From Convolutriloba macropyga (Eukaryota): 64,000 bases of DNA. Under the pieces are notes generated by a model, which saw only the letters and a list, made by a program, of their open reading frames with translations, was not told the DNA's origin and ran no database searches. A program made the position numbers and the translations under genes. The stretch is taken from positions 1 to 64,000 of the forward strand of contig NW_027451014.1 of NCBI RefSeq assembly GCF_964194025.1, in the 5' to 3' direction. Positions 57,396 to 64,000 of the stretch are shown here, one piece after another (the stretch's first letter is position 1; each line of letters begins with the position of its first letter).

Positions 57396-58472
57396 TTAAT
57401 ACTTTGTGACGCCCCCTCTAGCATCTATGCATGCTTGCACTCGGTTTGGGATGGAGTTGTAGAATTTCATGAGTGTCTCATGGGGCATGTTGTCCCATTC
57501 TTCTTGCAGCGCATTTTGGAAATTTTGTTTTGTGAGCCCTGGTCTGTTGTTCACTTTCTTGGCTACCCAGCCCCATACATTCTCAATCCAGCTGAGATCG
57601 GGGCTTTTGGCAGGCCAATCTAGTACCTTGAAGTCTTCTTGCTCAGATAGCCACCTAGTAACCTTCTTGGCAGTGTGGGCCTTGGCATTGTCTTGCTGCC
57701 AGACCCAATAAGCACCCATCCTGGCCCTGCTTGTGTGGGGCATCCTGGGCCTCATGAGTTCCCTGGCTGCTGGGATGAGCTTCTCCTTCAAGAGATCCAA
57801 GTACACCGTTGCATTCACGCCTTTGGAGTCCGCATGCATGCCTGTGGTCCCCACAGTGGCAAACAGGGGGCTCTTTCCATACTTGGTCACCACTGCATAG
57901 GCATGCACCTTGAAGCTGTGAGTTTCTGCAGCAATTACTGGTGGCTCTTCTCCATACATCACCCACACCTTGTCCCCAGGGCCACGAGATACAAGCCAGA
58001 AGTTCTTGCTGTCACTGATAGCCGTGTCTTCCCATGGGCTATTGCCATACAAGCCTTGCATCTCGATGCAAAACTGCTCCCTGGCTGTCTTGTGTTGTTC
58101 AGTCAGAGTTGGCTTCTTTTTGGGCTTCATACGCTGCCCCATGTGCTTTCGAATGAACTTTCTGATAGACTCTGCACTCGCTTCAATGCCCAGGCTGTCC
58201 CTCACGCGATTAGCGATGATAGAGCACGCCAATTGTTGACGGACGCCGTCCTCCACCAGCTGCATTAGCTCAGGGTTGGTTGCTGCCAGCTTGGCAGGCC
58301 TCCCAACCCGCTTACTGTCCTGCACGTCTTGGGTGAGCCTGTGACGCTGCACCCATTTCTTGACTGTCTTGACTCCGCATTTGTGCTTACGTGCCACTTG
58401 CTTGAAGTTGCCAAGCTGTTCGTAGCTCAAAACTAGCCGCCATCGCTTGGCGACACTCGTAGGAGAGCGCAT
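57396..58472 (-). CDS. DD35E transposase T24
   Basis: Protein identical to T1. Confidence 0.95.
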   Translation of the reverse strand: MRSPTSVAKRWRLVLSYEQLGNFKQVARKHKCGVKTVKKWVQRHRLTQDVQDSKRVGRPAKLAATNPELMQLVEDGVRQQLACSIIANRVRDSLGIEASAESIRKFIRKHMGQRMKPKKKPTLTEQHKTAREQFCIEMQGLYGNSPWEDTAISDSKNFWLVSRGPGDKVWVMYGEEPPVIAAETHSFKVHAYAVVTKYGKSPLFATVGTTGMHADSKGVNATVYLDLLKEKLIPAARELMRPRMPHTSRARMGAYWVWQQDNAKAHTAKKVTRWLSEQEDFKVLDWPAKSPDLSWIENVWGWVAKKVNNRPGLTKQNFQNALQEEWDNMPHETLMKFYNSIPNRVQACIDARGGVTKY

Positions 58473-58736
58473 GGTGAAGCGCACAGCAAAATACAGTATG
58501 AGCCCACCCCAGAAGTTTGAGCTATATTTAGAAATTGTGGAGAATTCACTGCCTCAAGGCCTTTGGCCAGTCAGGAAGCATTAAGTGGCATCATAGAACC
58601 ACACGTCAGCATTAAAACGTACCAACGTACCACTGATAATCCTTTGTTCTTTTGCCCCACAGTGGGGCAGTAGTTTCCCCACCAGATTCACATACATAGG
58701 AGTTTACAGTGCTTTAACCCAGTTGCATTCTTGGGC

Positions 58737-59813
58737 TTAATACTTTGTGACGCCCCCTCTAGCATCTATGCATGCTTGCACTCGGTTTGGGATGGAGTTG
58801 TAGAATTTCATGAGTGTCTCATGGGGCATGTTGTCCCATTCTTCTTGCAGCGCATTTTGGAAATTTTGTTTTGTGAGCCCTGGTCTGTTGTTCACTTTCT
58901 TGGCTACCCAGCCCCATACATTCTCAATCCAGCTGAGATCGGGGCTTTTGGCAGGCCAATCTAGTACCTTGAAGTCTTCTTGCTCAGATAGCCACCTAGT
59001 AACCTTCTTGGCAGTGTGGGCCTTGGCATTGTCTTGCTGCCAGACCCAATAAGCACCCATCCTGGCCCTGCTTGTGTGGGGCATCCTGGGCCTCATGAGT
59101 TCCCTGGCTGCTGGGATGAGCTTCTCCTTCAAGAGATCCAAGTACACCGTTGCATTCACGCCTTTGGAGTCCGCATGCATGCCTGTGGTCCCCACAGTGG
59201 CAAACAGGGGGCTCTTTCCATACTTGGTCACCACTGCATAGGCATGCACCTTGAAGCTGTGAGTTTCTGCAGCAATTACTGGTGGCTCTTCTCCATACAT
59301 CACCCACACCTTGTCCCCAGGGCCACGAGATACAAGCCAGAAGTTCTTGCTGTCACTGATAGCCGTGTCTTCCCATGGGCTATTGCCATACAAGCCTTGC
59401 ATCTCGATGCAAAACTGCTCCCTGGCTGTCTTGTGTTGTTCAGTCAGAGTTGGCTTCTTTTTGGGCTTCATACGCTGCCCCATGTGCTTTCGAATGAACT
59501 TTCTGATAGACTCTGCACTCGCTTCAATGCCCAGGCTGTCCCTCACGCGATTAGCGATGATAGAGCACGCCAATTGTTGACGGACGCCGTCCTCCACCAG
59601 CTGCATTAGCTCAGGGTTGGTTGCTGCCAGCTTGGCAGGCCTCCCAACCCGCTTACTGTCCTGCACGTCTTGGGTGAGCCTGTGACGCTGCACCCATTTC
59701 TTGACTGTCTTGACTCCGCATTTGTGCTTACGTGCCACTTGCTTGAAGTTGCCAAGCTGTTCGTAGCTCAAAACTAGCCGCCATCGCTTGGCGACACTCG
59801 TAGGAGAGCGCAT
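58737..59813 (-). CDS. DD35E transposase T25
   Basis: Protein identical to T1. Confidence 0.95.
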   Translation of the reverse strand: MRSPTSVAKRWRLVLSYEQLGNFKQVARKHKCGVKTVKKWVQRHRLTQDVQDSKRVGRPAKLAATNPELMQLVEDGVRQQLACSIIANRVRDSLGIEASAESIRKFIRKHMGQRMKPKKKPTLTEQHKTAREQFCIEMQGLYGNSPWEDTAISDSKNFWLVSRGPGDKVWVMYGEEPPVIAAETHSFKVHAYAVVTKYGKSPLFATVGTTGMHADSKGVNATVYLDLLKEKLIPAARELMRPRMPHTSRARMGAYWVWQQDNAKAHTAKKVTRWLSEQEDFKVLDWPAKSPDLSWIENVWGWVAKKVNNRPGLTKQNFQNALQEEWDNMPHETLMKFYNSIPNRVQACIDARGGVTKY

Positions 59814-60077
59814 GGTGAAGCGCACAGCAAAATACAGTATGAGCCCACCCCAGAAGTTTGAGCTATATTTAGAAATTGTGGAGAATTCACTGCCTCAAGG
59901 CCTTTGGCCAGTCAGGAAGCATTAAGTGGCATCATAGAACCACACGTCAGCATTAAAACGTACCAACGTACCACTGATAATCCTTTGTTCTTTTGCCCCA
60001 CTGTGGGGCAGTAGTTTCCCCACCAGATTCACATACATAGGAGTTTACAGTGCTTTAACCCAGTTGCATTCTTGGGC

Positions 60078-61154
60078 TTAATACTTTGTGACGCCCCCTC
60101 TAGCATCTATGCATGCTTGCACTCGGTTTGGGATGGAGTTGTAGAATTTCATGAGTGTCTCATGGGGCATGTTGTCCCATTCTTCTTGCAGCGCATTTTG
60201 GAAATTTTGTTTTGTGAGCCCTGGTCTGTTGTTCACTTTCTTGGCTACCCAGCCCCATACATTCTCAATCCAGCTGAGATCGGGGCTTTTGGCAGGCCAA
60301 TCTAGTACCTTGAAGTCTTCTTGCTCAGATAGCCACCTAGTAACCTTCTTGGCAGTGTGGGCCTTGGCATTGTCTTGCTGCCAGACCCAATAAGCACCCA
60401 TCCTGGCCCTGCTTGTGTGGGGCATCCTGGGCCTCATGAGTTCCCTGGCTGCTGGGATGAGCTTCTCCTTCAAGAGATCCAAGTACACCGTTGCATTCAC
60501 GCCTTTGGAGTCCGCATGCATGCCTGTGGTCCCCACAGTGGCAAACAGGGGGCTCTTTCCATACTTGGTCACCACTGCATAGGCATGCACCTTGAAGCTG
60601 TGAGTTTCTGCAGCAATTACTGGTGGCTCTTCTCCATACATCACCCACACCTTGTCCCCAGGGCCACGAGATACAAGCCAGAAGTTCTTGCTGTCACTGA
60701 TAGCCGTGTCTTCCCATGGGCTATTGCCATACAAGCCTTGCATCTCGATGCAAAACTGCTCCCTGGCTGTCTTGTGTTGTTCAGTCAGAGTTGGCTTCTT
60801 TTTGGGCTTCATACGCTGCCCCATGTGCTTTCGAATGAACTTTCTGATAGACTCTGCACTCGCTTCAATGCCCAGGCTGTCCCTCACGCGATTAGCGATG
60901 ATAGAGCACGCCAATTGTTGACGGACGCCGTCCTCCACCAGCTGCATTAGCTCAGGGTTGGTTGCTGCCAGCTTGGCAGGCCTCCCAACCCGCTTACTGT
61001 CCTGCACGTCTTGGGTGAGCCTGTGACGCTGCACCCATTTCTTGACTGTCTTGACTCCGCATTTGTGCTTACGTGCCACTTGCTTGAAGTTGCCAAGCTG
61101 TTCGTAGCTCAAAACTAGCCGCCATCGCTTGGCGACACTCGTAGGAGAGCGCAT
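60078..61154 (-). CDS. DD35E transposase T26
   Basis: Protein identical to T1. Confidence 0.95.
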   Translation of the reverse strand: MRSPTSVAKRWRLVLSYEQLGNFKQVARKHKCGVKTVKKWVQRHRLTQDVQDSKRVGRPAKLAATNPELMQLVEDGVRQQLACSIIANRVRDSLGIEASAESIRKFIRKHMGQRMKPKKKPTLTEQHKTAREQFCIEMQGLYGNSPWEDTAISDSKNFWLVSRGPGDKVWVMYGEEPPVIAAETHSFKVHAYAVVTKYGKSPLFATVGTTGMHADSKGVNATVYLDLLKEKLIPAARELMRPRMPHTSRARMGAYWVWQQDNAKAHTAKKVTRWLSEQEDFKVLDWPAKSPDLSWIENVWGWVAKKVNNRPGLTKQNFQNALQEEWDNMPHETLMKFYNSIPNRVQACIDARGGVTKY

Positions 61155-61418
61155 GGTGAAGCGCACAGCAAAATACAGTATGAGCCCACCCCAGAAGTTT
61201 GAGCTATATTTAGAAATTGTGGAGAATTCACTGCCTCAAGGCCTTTGGCCAGTCAGGAAGCATTAAGTGGCATCATAGAACCACACGTCAGCATTAAAAC
61301 GTACCAACGTACCACTGATAATCCTTTGTTCTTTTGCCCCACTGTGGGGCAGTAGTTTCCCCACCAGATTCACATACATAGGAGTTTACAGTGCTTTAAC
61401 CCAGTTGCATTCTTGGGC

Positions 61419-62495
61419 TTAATACTTTGTGACGCCCCCTCTAGCATCTATGCATGCTTGCACTCGGTTTGGGATGGAGTTGTAGAATTTCATGAGTGTC
61501 TCATGGGGCATGTTGTCCCATTCTTCTTGCAGCGCATTTTGGAAATTTTGTTTTGTGAGCCCTGGTCTGTTGTTCACTTTCTTGGCTACCCAGCCCCATA
61601 CATTCTCAATCCAGCTGAGATCGGGGCTTTTGGCAGGCCAATCTAGTACCTTGAAGTCTTCTTGCTCAGATAGCCACCTAGTAACCTTCTTGGCAGTGTG
61701 GGCCTTGGCATTGTCTTGCTGCCAGACCCAATAAGCACCCATCCTGGCCCTGCTTGTGTGGGGCATCCTGGGCCTCATGAGTTCCCTGGCTGCTGGGATG
61801 AGCTTCTCCTTCAAGAGATCCAAGTACACCGTTGCATTCACGCCTTTGGAGTCCGCATGCATGCCTGTGGTCCCCACAGTGGCAAACAGGGGGCTCTTTC
61901 CATACTTGGTCACCACTGCATAGGCATGCACCTTGAAGCTGTGAGTTTCTGCAGCAATTACTGGTGGCTCTTCTCCATACATCACCCACACCTTGTCCCC
62001 AGGGCCACGAGATACAAGCCAGAAGTTCTTGCTGTCACTGATAGCCGTGTCTTCCCATGGGCTATTGCCATACAAGCCTTGCATCTCGATGCAAAACTGC
62101 TCCCTGGCTGTCTTGTGTTGTTCAGTCAGAGTTGGCTTCTTTTTGGGCTTCATACGCTGCCCCATGTGCTTTCGAATGAACTTTCTGATAGACTCTGCAC
62201 TCGCTTCAATGCCCAGGCTGTCCCTCACGCGATTAGCGATGATAGAGCACGCCAATTGTTGACGGACGCCGTCCTCCACCAGCTGCATTAGCTCAGGGTT
62301 GGTTGCTGCCAGCTTGGCAGGCCTCCCAACCCGCTTACTGTCCTGCACGTCTTGGGTGAGCCTGTGACGCTGCACCCATTTCTTGACTGTCTTGACTCCG
62401 CATTTGTGCTTACGTGCCACTTGCTTGAAGTTGCCAAGCTGTTCGTAGCTCAAAACTAGCCGCCATCGCTTGGCGACACTCGTAGGAGAGCGCAT
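61419..62495 (-). CDS. DD35E transposase T27
   Basis: Protein identical to T1. Confidence 0.95.
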   Translation of the reverse strand: MRSPTSVAKRWRLVLSYEQLGNFKQVARKHKCGVKTVKKWVQRHRLTQDVQDSKRVGRPAKLAATNPELMQLVEDGVRQQLACSIIANRVRDSLGIEASAESIRKFIRKHMGQRMKPKKKPTLTEQHKTAREQFCIEMQGLYGNSPWEDTAISDSKNFWLVSRGPGDKVWVMYGEEPPVIAAETHSFKVHAYAVVTKYGKSPLFATVGTTGMHADSKGVNATVYLDLLKEKLIPAARELMRPRMPHTSRARMGAYWVWQQDNAKAHTAKKVTRWLSEQEDFKVLDWPAKSPDLSWIENVWGWVAKKVNNRPGLTKQNFQNALQEEWDNMPHETLMKFYNSIPNRVQACIDARGGVTKY

Positions 62496-62759
62496 GGTGA
62501 AGCGCACAGCAAAATACAGTATGAGCCCACCCCAGAAGTTTGAGCTATATTTAGAAATTGTGGAGAATTCACTGCCTCAAGGCCTTTGGCCAGTCAGGAA
62601 GCATTAAGTGGCATCATAGAACCACACGTCAGCATTAAAACGTACCAACGTACCACTGATAATCCTTTGTTCTTTTGCCCCACAGTGGGGCAGTAGTTTC
62701 CCCACCAGATTCACATACATAGGAGTTTACAGTGCTTTAACCCAGTTGCATTCTTGGGC

Positions 62760-63836
62760 TTAATACTTTGTGACGCCCCCTCTAGCATCTATGCATGCTT
62801 GCACTCGGTTTGGGATGGAGTTGTAGAATTTCATGAGTGTCTCATGGGGCATGTTGTCCCATTCTTCTTGCAGCGCATTTTGGAAATTTTGTTTTGTGAG
62901 CCCTGGTCTGTTGTTCACTTTCTTGGCTACCCAGCCCCATACATTCTCAATCCAGCTGAGATCGGGGCTTTTGGCAGGCCAATCTAGTACCTTGAAGTCT
63001 TCTTGCTCAGATAGCCACCTAGTAACCTTCTTGGCAGTGTGGGCCTTGGCATTGTCTTGCTGCCAGACCCAATAAGCACCCATCCTGGCCCTGCTTGTGT
63101 GGGGCATCCTGGGCCTCATGAGTTCCCTGGCTGCTGGGATGAGCTTCTCCTTCAAGAGATCCAAGTACACCGTTGCATTCACGCCTTTGGAGTCCGCATG
63201 CATGCCTGTGGTCCCCACAGTGGCAAACAGGGGGCTCTTTCCATACTTGGTCACCACTGCATAGGCATGCACCTTGAAGCTGTGAGTTTCTGCAGCAATT
63301 ACTGGTGGCTCTTCTCCATACATCACCCACACCTTGTCCCCAGGGCCACGAGATACAAGCCAGAAGTTCTTGCTGTCACTGATAGCCGTGTCTTCCCATG
63401 GGCTATTGCCATACAAGCCTTGCATCTCGATGCAAAACTGCTCCCTGGCTGTCTTGTGTTGTTCAGTCAGAGTTGGCTTCTTTTTGGGCTTCATACGCTG
63501 CCCCATGTGCTTTCGAATGAACTTTCTGATAGACTCTGCACTCGCTTCAATGCCCAGGCTGTCCCTCACGCGATTAGCGATGATAGAGCACGCCAATTGT
63601 TGACGGACGCCGTCCTCCACCAGCTGCATTAGCTCAGGGTTGGTTGCTGCCAGCTTGGCAGGCCTCCCAACCCGCTTACTGTCCTGCACGTCTTGGGTGA
63701 GCCTGTGACGCTGCACCCATTTCTTGACTGTCTTGACTCCGCATTTGTGCTTACGTGCCACTTGCTTGAAGTTGCCAAGCTGTTCGTAGCTCAAAACTAG
63801 CCGCCATCGCTTGGCGACACTCGTAGGAGAGCGCAT
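62760..63836 (-). CDS. DD35E transposase T28
   Basis: Protein identical to T1; the element end lies beyond the window. Confidence 0.95.
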   Translation of the reverse strand: MRSPTSVAKRWRLVLSYEQLGNFKQVARKHKCGVKTVKKWVQRHRLTQDVQDSKRVGRPAKLAATNPELMQLVEDGVRQQLACSIIANRVRDSLGIEASAESIRKFIRKHMGQRMKPKKKPTLTEQHKTAREQFCIEMQGLYGNSPWEDTAISDSKNFWLVSRGPGDKVWVMYGEEPPVIAAETHSFKVHAYAVVTKYGKSPLFATVGTTGMHADSKGVNATVYLDLLKEKLIPAARELMRPRMPHTSRARMGAYWVWQQDNAKAHTAKKVTRWLSEQEDFKVLDWPAKSPDLSWIENVWGWVAKKVNNRPGLTKQNFQNALQEEWDNMPHETLMKFYNSIPNRVQACIDARGGVTKY

Positions 63837-64000
63837 GGTGAAGCGCACAGCAAAATACAGTATGAGCCCACCCCAGAAGTTTGAGCTATATTTAGAAATT
63901 GTGGAGAATTCACTGCCTCAAGGCCTTTGGCCAGTCAGGAAGCATTAAGTGGCATCATAGAACCACACGTCAGCATTAAAACGTACCAACGTACCACTGA

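Larger units (their letters stand above)
18216..64000 (-). repeat. Head-to-tail mixed tandem array of two Tc1/mariner-type elements (28 x T, 6 x A), continuing beyond the window
   Basis: ORF periodicity is 1341 bp (T-T) and 2718 bp (T-A-T). All copies have the same orientation and are near-identical. TA occurs only at 18214-18215. Confidence 0.97.

Noticed and set aside
18216-64000. CRISPR-like or integron interpretation in the strict sense
   Set aside because: Units are 1.3-kb near-identical transposon modules, not unique spacers. There is no cas gene or tyrosine integrase; the analogy is architectural only.
18216-64000. Whole array as an assembly artefact
   Set aside because: Not favoured, because junction dimorphism, irregular A spacing and neighbour-shared SNPs are structured. 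Exact copy number still needs read-level confirmation.

Overview
Eukaryotic genomic DNA with short GT-AG introns and intronic poly-C tracts. TGTAA 3' signals hint at a chlorophyte-type alga (inference). Bases 1-18.2 kb are host sequence: the 5' part of a Mn/Fe superoxide dismutase gene, a 4-exon RNA polymerase I/III AC19 (RPAC2) gene, a multi-exon GT29 sialyltransferase-like gene, two poorly resolved minus-strand genes, a TA-flanked 1.33-kb non-autonomous TIR element and TA-footprint-rich intergenic DNA. From 18216 to the window end (>45 kb, open to the right) is a strictly head-to-tail array of two different Tc1/mariner-type elements. There are 28 near-identical copies of a ~1.34-kb unit T encoding a 358-aa DD35E transposase and 6 copies of a 1380-bp non-coding TIR element A. 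The order is A-T-A-TT-A-TTT-A-TTT-A-TTTTT-A-T(>=14). Only the outer left edge has a TA. Every internal junction is core + exactly 3 bp + core: CTG x16 or CAG x6 at T-T, GTG at A-T, CAC at T-A. This is the pattern expected if transposon ends with 3-nt overhangs are joined directly to each other. This two-partner, polarised, end-joined transposon array is the main candidate for an undescribed system.
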